A DNA stretch of 64,000 nucleotides from Octopus bimaculoides (Eukaryota): positions 11,350,029 through 11,414,028 of the forward strand of contig NC_068990.1 in assembly GCF_001194135.2 (NCBI RefSeq), given 5' to 3'. Shown here in pieces: positions 40,837 through 53,254 of the stretch (the first letter of the stretch is position 1; each line of letters starts with the position of its first letter). The translations under genes and the position numbers were made by a program. The notes under the pieces were generated by a model. It did no database searches. It saw only the letters and a program-made list of their open reading frames with translations, and was not told where the DNA came from.

Positions 40837-41985
40837 GCATTGTGTTCCACCCACATGTAACATCAATTTCACACACCCTACCTCAATAAATCAAACTATG
40901 TTTCTCCTTCTTCGTGCGCTATGCTTATCTCTCCCCACCACTCCTGCTGCCCAATCTTGTCCTCCCCACTGCCAATTGTATCATTACTACCCTGTCATTC
41001 CCCCCTACATAAATGGGTTTCACCACCAGTCACTGTATTCTTCACTTCCATCTCCATCCTATTAGCGTTCTCATGAACTCTCTTCTCATGCAACCTGAGC
41101 AATCCGCTACCATTCCATTTATACTTATAGCCTTGTACTTTAAGGATATACCCTGGCACATCACCACCATCTCTCTTGCTCTCTGTCATTCTCACCCGCT
41201 CTCTCTTGCTCACTCACCCTCTCTCTCTCCCTCCGACTGGGGTAACCATGTATTTTTTCTACAGCAAGACACCTGTTTCTATCTCTTCGTAATATTCTAA
41301 TATTCCATCACTTGACACAAGGACACTTCCTTTAATACTGCCAAAAGAAGCTTTATCTTGCATGTTACTTAGTGACTTTACTGGTGTTGGGGGCCATTAA
41401 ACAATACTGAGTCCACTCCATAAAGTGGTTGGCATTAGGAAAATGTATCCGGCCATAAAATCAATAACAAAGCACACAGTGGAGCTTGGCACAGCCCTCT
41501 GGCTTACCGGTTCCTGTGAAACCATCTAACACATGCCAGCATGGTAGATGGACGTTAAATAATGGACTTTTGGTTTCCACCTACCGAATCCACTTGCAAG
41601 GCATTGGTCAGCCTGAGGCTATAGAAGAATACGTTTGCTGAAGGTGCCACTCAGCAGGGCTGAACCTTAGACCATGTGGTTAGGGAACAAACTTCTTACC
41701 ACACAGCCACATCTGAGCCTTATTTTCCAAGTGTAAGCTCAATAGTGACAAAACCAATTTACTAAATTCTTCATTATTTTCAAATTCAGTTGAGATGAAA
41801 GCAGTGAATTTTAACAAAAAATTGGAAAGAAAAGTATTAAATTTATGGAGAATGCATTGAGCAAGATTAAATTATATTTTTTGCAATATTTAGATTTGTT
41901 ACAATAAATTTTGTTCAAATATTGCTAGAATCAAACTAGTCTCATTAAAATAAGAACCAGTAATACACTTGTTACAACCATATAT

Positions 41986-42367
41986 TGTTGGCACTCCATC
42001 GCTTACGACGTTGAGGGTTCCAGTTGATCTAATCAACGGAACATCCTGCTCATGAAATTAACGTCCAAGTGGCTGAGCACTCTACAGACACGTGTACCCT
42101 TAACGTGGTTCTCGGGGATATTCAGCGTGACACAGTGTGACAAGGCTGACCCTTTGAATTACAGGTACAACAGAAACAGGAAGAAAGAGTGAGAGAAAGT
42201 TGTAGTGAAAGAGTACAGCAGGGTTCACCACCATCCCCTGCCAGAGCATTGTGGAGCTTTAGGTGTTTTCGCTCAATAAACACTCACAACGCCCTGTCTG
42301 GGAATCGAAACCGCGATCCTATGACCGCGAGTCTGCTGCCCTAACCACTGGGCCATTGCGCCTCTAC
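41986..42367 (-). mobile_element. Young tRNA-derived SINE (CpG-rich) flanked by a ~150-bp direct duplication
   Basis: Head AGAGGCGCAATGGCCCAGTGGTTAGGGCAGC...GGTTTCGATTCCC (A and B boxes). Tail shared with 2910-3236 and 54340-54665. Flanking repeats at 41834-41985 and 42369-42514. Confidence 0.9.
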
Positions 42368-43992
42368 GGTGTTAAATTGATGGAGAATGCATTGAGCAAG
42401 TTACATTTTTAGCAATATTTAGATTTGTTGCAATAAATTTTGTTCAAATATTGCTAGAATCAAACTAGTCTCATTAAAATAAGAACCAGTAATACAGTTG
42501 GTACAACCATATATAACCTCCTGTGAATAGTCAGACTAGTATTGGTATACTGCATTCAAAGTCGCCAGATTTTTTGTAGCCAACATATAAAAAATTGTTT
42601 CTAATTTCATTTTTTCCTTTCACTGAATTTTATTTTTTTCATTTTTGCTTTTATTTCTATTTAATTTTACTATTTTTTCTGTTTGTAATTTTCCATATTC
42701 AATAATGAAAATTATATTAAAACAAAGTAAACTATGAATAATAATGGGAAGACTCTTGATCTTTTTGCATCTCTCGAATTACAGGATATCCTTTATCAAG
42801 ATCAAATAATTTGTCCATGAAATATTGGTTCCTGTATGAAGAAAAAAATATTAAAAAAAAAAAAATTGTTTTAAATATAATATTAGAATTCCATTCCTCA
42901 TTTTTAGTAAAAGAAATGTATTTCATATGAAAGCAGCAATAAAAATCAACCAATAATTTTATTCTGGTAATATAGTCATAAATTCTGAGTCTATATGCAA
43001 ACTAGATATATTTTTCACTGTATATTTTAAATATCATACATAGCAAAATTCATTTATTTTTATTTAAGAAAATATATTATCACCAAACATTTGATTGTGT
43101 ATTCAGCTTCCAAGATTGATTTGTTTGCTTTCAGATAGTAAACTATTTCTTTCTTATTTATTTCTAAATAATTTCTTGAGATATTTCTTTCTCGCATTAA
43201 ATTTTCTTTTAATTTTTTCCTCATAAGTTGTTCATTAATTAATCAAAATAATTTAAATAGGAATCAACAACATATTGTTTTTTTTTTTTTCCATTTTTGT
43301 TCTTTATTCATGAATTTTTAAAATTTATCTTCTTTCTGCACTGAAATCTTACATTATCAAAGCTGGTTTAGATGGAGTGACATGGGATTAAAATTAAATA
43401 TTAAAGTATGTTCTATATTTTATTACCAAACAAAAGTTTAAATCAACAACTTTGTGAACAAGCAAATAGGCAGCTTTACAATGTACTCATTAGAAGATGC
43501 ACAAAACATAAAACGAAGTTGTCTTCATTATACAACTGGACATTTCTTTGAAGTCGACTTGTTTGTGTTCAATTCAAGAGAAAAATAATAAAAACGCCAG
43601 TCTGTTTAATTAGTTATGAAATGAATTACTTACAAATGAGTTTTATTTCTTCTTTTGTGACATTTTCTTCTAATTAAATCTAAATTTGTATCATTCTGGA
43701 AAATTTTATATTCTTACAGGAAATCCAAATACTATGTAGAAAGCGTTTGAACATATTACTTTCCAATAGTTTGAATCTTTGGTCTTCTCTCAGAATATCC
43801 ACTACCAGTAATTGTATCTATCTATCTATCTATCTGTATGCATGTATGTATGTATGTATGTATGTATATAGAAGTAATTATGCGTAAACAATATTTTGCA
43901 ACGAAGAAAGTAATGTCTGACTGCATACTGGTTAACATGTTAGCTGAAGCTGCAGGATTTTCATAGTTCAATATTCAGCCAAGAATTATTTT

Positions 43993-44095
43993 AAATATGG
44001 AATGCTTCATAAATTTGAATGTCATCCCTGTGCAGGGGCCATGCTAAACTTCTGTATCGTCCCAATTTTAGTACATGTATTGCCGAAGCAAATAC
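43993..44095 (-). pseudogene. U6: U6 snRNA pseudogene, near full length
   Basis: Minus strand GTATTTGCTTCGGCAATACATGTACTAAAATTGGGACGATACAGAAGTTTAGCATGGCCCCTGCACAGGGATGACATTCAAATTTATGAAGCATTCCATATTT aligns end to end with metazoan U6. It has a 2-nt deletion in the ACAGAGA box and several CpG-type substitutions. Confidence 0.93.
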
Positions 44096-44929
44096 AATAT
44101 TGAATCTGAAGTGAAAAATGAATATGTAGTGTGTTTGTTAAATAGTTTTGAAGATTTTCATTTAATTCATTACCTTGTCTGTCTGTCTGTCTATCTGTCT
44201 GTTTGTTCTCTAGCTCACCCTCTCTCTCCCTCCTCCTCCTCTCTCTCCCTCCTCCTCTCTCTCCCTCCTCCTCCTCTCTCTCCCTCCTCCTCNNNNNNNN
44301 NNNNNNNNNNNNNNNNNNNNNNNNNNNNNNNNNNNNNNNNNNNNNNNNNNNNNNNNNNNNNNNNNNNNNNNNNNNNNNNNNNNNNNNNNNNNNNNNNNNN
44401 NNNNNNNNNNNNNNNNNNNNNNNNNNNNNNNNNNNNNNNNNNNNNNNNNNNNNNNNNNNNNNNNNNNNNNNNNNNNNNNNNNNNNNNNNNNNNNNNNNNN
44501 NNNNNNNNNNNNNNNNNNNNNNNNNNNNNNNNNNNNNNNNNNNNNNNNNNNNNNNNNNNNNNNNNNNNNNNNNNNNNNNNNNNNNNNNNNNNNNNNNNNN
44601 NNNNNNNNNNNNNNNNNNNNNNNNNNNNNNNNNNNNNNNNNNNNNNNNNNNNNNNNNNNNNNNNNNNNNNNNNNNNNNNNNNNNNNNNNNNNNNNNNNNN
44701 NNNNNNNNNNNNNNNNNNNNNNNNNNNNNNNNNNNNNNNNNNNNNNNNNNNNNNNNNNNNNNNNNNNNNNNNNNNNNNNNNNNNNNNNNNNNNNNNNNNN
44801 NNNNNNNNNNNNNNNNNNNNNNNNNNNNNNNNNNNNNNNNNNNNNNNNNNNNNNNNNNNNNNNNNNNNNNNNNNNNNNNNNNNNNNNNCACATATATACA
44901 ATGGTAAAGACCTCCTTCAGTCATGAATG

Positions 44930-45155
44930 ACCGTGGCATTGCACATAAAAAGTTACCCTCTGTGATACAAATCCAAGTAAGGTTGTTTATAGAAGATCAG
45001 CAGCTGCCCATGAATACCAGCCTCCCCTCTCCATCCCACTGATGTTATCTAAGGGAAAGGCAAACCCTAGTACAGCTTGGCACCAATGACATCACAATTT
45101 ATTTCTACAGCTGAGTGAACTGGACCAATGTGAAATAAGTGTCTTGCTCAAAAAC
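44930..45155 (-). mobile_element. CORE-type SINE with an alternative tail (head truncated), same family as 60185-60570
   Basis: CAGCTTGGCACC..TGACATC.CAA.TTATTTCTACAGCTGAGTGAACTGG is shared with the 60185-60570 copy. Confidence 0.75.
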
Positions 45156-45159
45156 ACAA

Positions 45160-45500
45160 CACACAGCCTGCTAACATGGGTTGGACGATTTGACTGAGGA
45201 CTGGTGAACTGGGTGCCTACACCAGGCTCCAATCTGATTTGGCAGAGTTTCTACAGCTGGATACCCTTCCTAATGCCAACCATTCCGAGAGTGTAGTGGG
45301 TGCTTTTACATGCCACCGGCACAAAGGCCAATCAGACGGTACTGGCAACGCTCACGCTCAAAATGGTGTATTTTACATGCCACCTGCACAGGAGCCAGTC
45401 CAGCAGCACTGGCAACGATGTTGCTTGAATGTTTTTTCACGTGCCACTGGCACAAGTGCCAATAAGGCGACACTGGCACTTGTGCCGGTAGCACATATAT
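45160..45500 (-). mobile_element. RTE 3' UTR copy with subrepeats
   Basis: Reverse-orientation match to 815-1345. Confidence 0.8.
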
Positions 45501-46727
45501 ATATCGTAACTCATATCCTCCGACGCTACTCTATCTCTTTCTCTTTCTCTTTCCTTTCCCCCCCTTCGTTCTTCCTCTGTACTACTACGTATCTCGCTTT
45601 ACCCCTCTCATTCTTCCTCTGTTACTACTACGTATCTCTTTTTCCCCCTCGTATTTCCTCTCTTTCTCTTTTCCCCTCGTTGCTCACCTATTCTTCTACT
45701 TTCTCCCTCTACCACTCTCTCTCTTCCCTTTACACCGGCATGGTCACATGCTTCCGGTCAATAATCCTTTCCTTCCTTGGCTTTCGCCAAGCAACGCACG
45801 CACCACTTTGTCCCTCTCGGGTCCGTGCCTCATCNNNNNNNNNNNNNNNNNNNNNNNNNNNNNNNNNNNNNNNNNNNNNNNNNNNNNNNNNNNNNNNNNN
45901 NNNNNNNNNNNNNNNNNNNNNNNNNNNNNNNNNNNNNNNNNNNNNNNNNNNNNNNNNNNNNNNNNNNNNNNNNNNNNNNNNNNNNNNNNNNNNNNNNNNN
46001 NNNNNNNNNNNNNNNNNNNNNNNNNNNNNNNNNNNNNNNNNNNNNNNNNNNNNNNNNNNNNNNNNNNNNNNNNNNNNNNNNNNNNNNNNNNNNNNNNNNN
46101 NNNNNNNNNNNNNNNNNNNNNNNNNNNNNNNNNNNNNNNNNNNNNNNNNNNNNNNNNNNNNNNNNNNNNNNNNNNNNNNNNNNNNNNNNNNNNNNNNNNN
46201 NNNNNNNNNNNNNNNNNNNNNNNNNNNNNNNNNNNNTTTCCTGTCTTGTTTTTTGTCCGCCACTACATTCCTCCATGGCTAGATTTAATTTGCGTATACT
46301 AATTTAATCTGCGATCCATGGGACGAGCCGTTTTAGCGATGCGTCCTGCCCAAGCTCGTCGAAACGCCAGTGTTAAAACGTGGGTGGCTGATGAAGGAGA
46401 ATGTTCTCTATGTGGCTCGTGTGTTCTCGTCTACGTTTGTTTGCAATGTCCTGTACTCAGATATGCACCTATACATACAGGTAGATGTTGGTATGCACAT
46501 ACCTGTACGTATATATGCATATACTCATTTACTATTTGTTTTTATATATATATATATACTTACATACACACATGTACACATATACACAAAGATAGATGGA
46601 TAGAGAAATACACTCACATCTATTCATATATACATATGCACAAATATACATATTTATACACATTTATACATTTGGGTGTACTAACAGGAAAAGTACTTAG
46701 TTTACATATAATGGACTTGTGTTTATC

Positions 46728-46782
<55 letters not shown>

Positions 46783-46795
46783 TTATCTATCTATC

Positions 46796-46826
<31 letters not shown>

Positions 46827-47484
46827 ATGAATGCATTTGTGTATATATACTTGTATACACACACACACAATAAATTGGAAATTTTTCCAATGGTGCCATT
46901 GCATGAAAAACATAATTTAAGAGCCAATCTACCATACTTAATTTGGTGAGTCAAAAATAATTTTAAATCAATGGATATTATAACTATAAAGAGAAGAAAA
47001 AAATCATTGGTGTTAATGAAAATTACCCATAAAAGAGGCAAGAGAGAGAACTTCTGTAACACTAACTGGCAATTAATTAGAGGAAGATATACAGGGAGAC
47101 AGATTGGTCTCATCTTTAGAAGCTTTGGTGTGCTTCCGTTTTATGAGGCATCCTTGGTAAAACAGTCAACTTACAGCTATTACCAAAATCTCACAACATC
47201 TAATAGATATAGATTTTTTTTTGCAGCGGAGAACGGTTAGTATGAATTATAATTTGCTGATTATGCAAATTAATATAATGACAATGGAAAATTTCCCAGT
47301 GGTGCTTTTTCATTATGGTTATAATTTCAATTGATTAAAAATAATTTTTTGCTCACCACATTATACATGGTATCCCGTGTACAACTCTGTGTGTACATCT
47401 ATAAATATATATGTGTGTGTGTGTCTGTTTGTATATACATCTATCATAATCTATTTTTATCTATCTATCTATTTATCTATCTAC

Positions 47485-47540
<56 letters not shown>

Positions 47541-47989
47541 ATATATATATCTATCTATCTATATATATATATATACATATATATAAAAGTATGTATGTAC
47601 ACATACATACACACACATATGCAGATATATGTATGAATAAATATATCTTAGGAAAGACAGATACATACAATTCATTGTTTGGTATATATGTGTGTATATA
47701 AAATGCTGTTATTTTCAGATTTATTATTCTTAGATGCTTCTAATTTTGCAGCTACTTCTCTTAGTCGTTTCTAGCTGTAAAACTAGACATAACCTAGAAT
47801 AATCTAGAATAAACAGAGCAACCTTGGTGTATAGCTGCACAAAGTTTGGCTTGTGTAATCTTGTCAGTATTATTTCACAATGGATCTATACTCAACTGAA
47901 AAATTGTTAATGTGACTTATGGAGCCAGACCTCTTTTATTTGAATTTCTTTTTATTTCCCAACCCCTTTATGCTAATACAAGAATATAT

Positions 47990-48150
47990 TATACAGTTCT
48001 ATATTTAAGAGATGAGGAATTATGTACATTATTTACATTTGACAGATATTTGTCCTCATCTTGTTTGTTGTTAACACAATGTTTCGGCTGATTTACCCTC
48101 CAGCCTTCTTCAGGTGTCTTGGGGAAATTTCGAACCTGGTTTCTCATTCT
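47990..48150 (-). mobile_element. PLE-like terminal fragment carrying a type-I hammerhead at 48073-48118
   Basis: Minus strand GACAC CTGAAGA A GGCTG GAGGGTAAAT CAGCC GAAA CATT GTGTT. Stems I and II pair; helix III has a C-A mismatch. Confidence 0.75.
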
Positions 48151-49429
48151 CTTACTGCCTTGCCCTAGCTACGCTAGTGCAGAGGATCATGTCTTACTTT
48201 TATGTCTCAGATTTGGGATTAATTTCTATGGTTGTGAGTCCTTCTTTGTGCCAACCACTTCCAAGATTATTCTGGGAGCATTTTGTTGTAACACTAGCGC
48301 TTGAAAACTTGTAGTACCCTCAGCAAAGCTAAAGAACCCTCTTTACAGAGAACTTATGTTGCCTCTGCTTGTTTACCAACCATTTTACAGAGTCCACTTG
48401 GTGCATTTTATTCTTGCACTGACATTCATTCAGTAGCTCTGCACCTTGCAAGAATTCATTTCTAAGAGGATGTTGAAAGAAGCTGAAATAGTAAACAATG
48501 GTGAGAACAGTTAATGGTGTGAGAGTGCCGTAGAGGAAGGAGTAATACGAATTGAGATTGATAGAAGAGATGAGAACTTTGGAGTATAAGAGATTAATTA
48601 GTAGAAGAAAGATCAATAGAAAAGGATGGGAAGGAGGTAGAAGAGGAAATAATAGAAGTGAGTGAGAAATGATTGTAGAGAGGCAAGTAACAGACATGAC
48701 TGTCCTGACTTTCTACAGCACTGGCTATACAAGGAAAAAGGGAAGGTGTTATATAATTTCACAAGTCAGCCTTGTTATTCAGTTGCAATTTGTGGATTAA
48801 TTTAGGGAAAAGAGACAGTAACTCCTGGTGTTTATGAGAGAGAAAGGCAATGATGAAAACGATATATTTGAAGTTAAAAGGATGAATGATTGCTGGATAG
48901 TCATAAAGATGGGTGATACTAAGAGAAGAGTGATGTATTTAAATTATGAGTAACCTGGGGATGCTGTGATTGCTAGAGGGAATTTCGACAGCAGGAGGCA
49001 TCCGAAATGGATGGTTCTAATGGAGTCTTTTGTTTCACTGGAATTGGGATGAGAGAAAGAGAGAGAGAGAGAGTGAAAGACAGAGGTGAAGTAATAAGGA
49101 TGGTGGAGGGAAAGAATAGAGGGATGGAGATTTAGTGATATTTCACTTTATTTGGATGGAATTGTACAGAGAATAGGAAAAGGTAATTGATAGAAAGATG
49201 GGAAGGTGATGAAGGGACAGATTTAAGAGGAAAGAGAATGAGTGAAAGAGAAGTAGAAGGAATCATAGAAACAGGTAGAAATCATCATGAGGGAATAACT
49301 ATACAGATACCTGATACACCTCAGCCACCACAAAGGTTATTTTAGCATTTTTTCCCCACTGTCTTTGCATGTATGCATGGGAAAGCATGTCTGCTCCAGC
49401 ATGGTTTGTTGTCAGTTATTGCTATCCTT

Positions 49430-49700
49430 GGTTATCTCCTTTGCGAGGCTCACTAATTCCTTTCATGTCTTCCCAAGTTTCCCTCTTCCATAGGTTCCAT
49501 CCTTTCTAAGCACTCAGCACATTTTTGTACATATGCTATTATTTGCATATGCATCATGTGCCCACACCATTGCAGCTTTTTGCTCTTGCTCACTATATCA
49601 GGCTCCAATATTTTTGGTGGAGCATGCTGGAATCCCATTGTGCATGTTTGCAGATCTTTTACATTGAATGACCCTATCTTTCAACCATGTGGGATCAAGT
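49430..49700 (-). mobile_element. RTE LINE ORF C-terminal remnant
   Basis: KKLQWCGHMMHM...GTYGRGKLGKT*KELV, a decayed version of RLRW.GHV.RM...GRGRPRKTW. Confidence 0.65.
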
Positions 49701-50825
49701 TTCTTACACAAGCATTACACAATGTCTTCTTCTCTCAGAAAGAGAACCTCCTTCTTGCTACCAGAGTTCATAACTCCTTGATCGATTTTCCCTCCTTCCT
49801 TACACTGGTTTCAATGCTTTTGGAACACAAACCTTCACTGCTGATTAGGTTTCTTAAAGTTTGGAACAACATATTAGAGAGAGGATGCCCATAGATGAAA
49901 TGTCTTTTGTTTGCTTGACCTTGGCTCATCTGGAGCTAAGCAACAAAATCAATTTGTGTGGTTATTCAAATTTCTTGTGCCTGTCTTACTTCACTAAAGA
50001 TTTTCCACATCTTAGTGATGGTCCGGCTGCCATCATATCCTTCACATACTGACAGAGAGAAACATCAGTGATCTGAGATAACTAAAGGTATGTTTGATCA
50101 TTGCCAGCCAAAAACTCTCCATTTCAGAAAATTGCTCTTAATAATATCATTACCCAAGCTTCTCAGAGAACACATAGCAACACAACTTGAGAAGAGCTGC
50201 CTACTTTTAGACCTTCTCCATAGGGTGTCTTGAGACAGCAGCAAACAGCAATTACATTGTAAGCTTCGATATATGTTCTATGTACACTAAAAGCCAAGAA
50301 ACACGCCAAGAAACACACCAATGACTGCAAAAAGTGGAAGATGACTGTTGAGGCCCTATGCTCCACAAGGATCAAAAAGGATTAAGAGATAAGAGAGACA
50401 CTAAAAGATATCATGTAGCACCAGCAGAAGCCATAAAAAAGACAATCCAACAATGTCTAGAGAGAGGATGGAATCGTATGGTAGACTTTCTACAAGGAAA
50501 CCTCAGATCATTTTGAAAGTTCTACACCATTGAAGATACAAAGATGTAATCTTAGCAGTACCTTATCTGTCAATATTACGATATATCAATTTCAAATTTT
50601 GGCACAAGGACAGCAATGTTTTGGGAGGAAAGGGTTAAACTAATTATATCAACCCCCAGTACTCCACTGGTACTTATTTCATCAACCCCCAAAAAGATGA
50701 AAGCAAATTTGACTTTGACAGAATTTGAACTAAGAAGATGGACAAAATGTTGCTGTGTATTTTGTCTAGTGTGTTAATGGATCTGCTAGATTGCTGCAAT
50801 GATGTAAAGAAATAATGAAAACATT

Positions 50826-51165
50826 AGTGGCTGTGTGGTAAGTAGCTTGCTCACCAACCACATGGTTCCAGGTTCAGTCCCACTGCGTGGTACCTTGGGC
50901 AAGTGTCTTCTACTATAGCCTTGGGCCGACCAAAGCCTTGTGAGCGGATTTGGTAGACGGAAACTGAAAGAAGCCCGTCGTATATATGTATATGTATATA
51001 TATGTGTGTGTGTTTGTGAATCTATGTTTGTCCCCCAACCCCACAACATTGCTTGACAACCGACGCTGGTGTGTTTATGTCCCTGTAACTTAGCGGTTCG
51101 ATTTGCTCGACTAAAGCATGGTCACAGTCAAATGACTGAAACAAGTAAAAGAGTAAGAATAAAAG
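50826..51165 (+). mobile_element. Bipartite SINE with a deletion in the tail
   Basis: Near-consensus head. The tail jumps from GCGGTTCG directly to ATTTGCTCGACTAAAG. Confidence 0.85.
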
Positions 51166-51824
51166 AGTATTTAAATCCACCACAAAATTCTCAACTTTTT
51201 TCGGTATGTCATGGGGTGCCTCCAGAAACTGAGAACCTGAACAATAATATAACTAATTAGTATTTTCATTATGTTCAATCAGATTTAAACAAATGTGTGA
51301 CCATTGATGCATTTTGGAGGGTTTTTTTTGTTATCAGTGGACACTTCATCCACTTAGGCAATATGTGTTCTTAACACATACAATTTACTGGTGTCAGGGG
51401 ACTTTGAGACACTATAGTGTTTCGACCTCATTGTGTGTCTCATCAGTCAAAGCTATCATACCAGATCGATGTATCTCAAAAGAGCATAAGCTCTTGTTTA
51501 TGGGAATAAATTATTTGCTGATGTATACTGATGTCTGCCAAACAGATAATAATTCATGTGGTGCACACAGAATGGTGAGAATCCATACAATGGTATATCT
51601 ATTCATTCCACAAGAATAAATATATACGTTATTGTTTGGATATTTCACCACACTGCTATAAACCACATTTTACTGTGAAAATGTCATAATCACAATTTAA
51701 CCACGTTGCTTGAGATACGCTAATACATTAAATGCAGAAATAGACAGATTTACAGACAGATATGTATACTTCTGTGTGTGCATGAGAATGCCTATGTGTA
51801 TATATATGTACATATGTGTGGGAG

Positions 51825-51855
<31 letters not shown>

Positions 51856-52054
51856 TCATTATCATAATTTAAAATTCACTTTCCATGCTACCATATTTAT
51901 GTGTGTGTGTATGTGTGTATACGTATTTATGTCTGTATGTATATATATACATATATATGTACTACTTATATATATGTATGTATGTAAATATATATTTGTA
52001 TGTATACCTATATATCTATATATTTATATGTCTATGTATCTATCTATCTATCTA

Positions 52055-52091
<37 letters not shown>

Positions 52092-53254
52092 NNNNNNNNN
52101 NNTATGTATGTGTATCTATATATATGTATATGTATTTATACACATATATATGTATATATATGTATGCATGTATGTGCTTATCTGTATAATGTATATATGT
52201 ATATGTGTGTGTGTGTATGGGAGAGACAGGCATACACATACATATATGTATATAGACATTACCTTTTTAAAAATCAAGCATTTTCGTTTTTCATAAATTC
52301 TGTGTAATATTTCCTAACAGTAATAGAAACATCGACACTGTTTTATATTATATTTTTCTTTACTATTCTCAGTTTCTTTTACTTTATTCTTTCTCATATC
52401 TAGTTTATTGTTTAAAAATGAGTGACTTCAAACTAAAACGATTCCGACAGCACCTTCTTGGAGATGACTTCAGCTAAAAAATGTTGTCATGAAATGCATC
52501 ATGTGTTGTCTAATTCTTAAGACTTCAATTTTCTCAGTGCAACTTTCAATACTTCAATTTCTATATCAAGTCATTCACCTGTATTCTGATTTCATTCTAT
52601 ATTCACCTGTAATCTGATTTTATTTTAGATCAATAGCCATTAACTAATTGTATAAGCTTGTATATATCCACATGTACCAGCCTGCTGTAGATATACCTAT
52701 CTATATATATATATATATATATAGCTCAATGAAACATCTAGTGGTAGTTGCAGCCGATTAGTAGATAACAAACAGCCAGGTCTTGTATGCTGAGTCTGCA
52801 GAATCTTTATAATTTTATTCAGTAGCACTTGAAATGGTCAGTAGGTTTGTTATTTTCTGAAGATGCATCATTGATATATTTATGTTATAAGACAATGGAA
52901 GAATTACGCAACAAAATTTGCAGGATTTAGAGGAAGTATGCTAGTGTTCATTCCACATCTTCAGTTACCCTCTTCTACAAGTGGAAACATGTGGCTTTGT
53001 GGTTAAGGTGTTGGACTTATGATTGTAAGATTGTGGTTTCAAATGACCAGTTGATGCATTGTGCTCTTGAGCAAAACATTTCATTTCATTTCACTCCAGT
53101 TCACTAAACTGGCAAAAACAAGTTATCCTTCAACAAATTAGTGTTCCATCCAGGGTGAGATATAGGCATCACAGAAATAGAGAAACTGGCCTTGTCAGTC
53201 CATATGGCTCACGAAGGATCTCTACTGATTCCATCCACTGTGATTAGCATTTTT

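Noticed and set aside
42300-42367. tRNA gene-like sequences (also 54340-54415 and 60500-60570)
   Set aside because: They are SINE heads. They have A/B boxes but run directly into CORE or body sequence, with no complete acceptor stem or terminator.
46350-46400. Possible permuted (type II) hammerhead, CGAAAC...CTGATGA
   Set aside because: Stems I and II cannot be formed in this single copy.
48330-49050. Possible ancient CR1/L2 endonuclease remnant (also 10650-11100)
   Set aside because: Only compositional resemblance. No diagnostic motif such as GDFN or SDH could be read.
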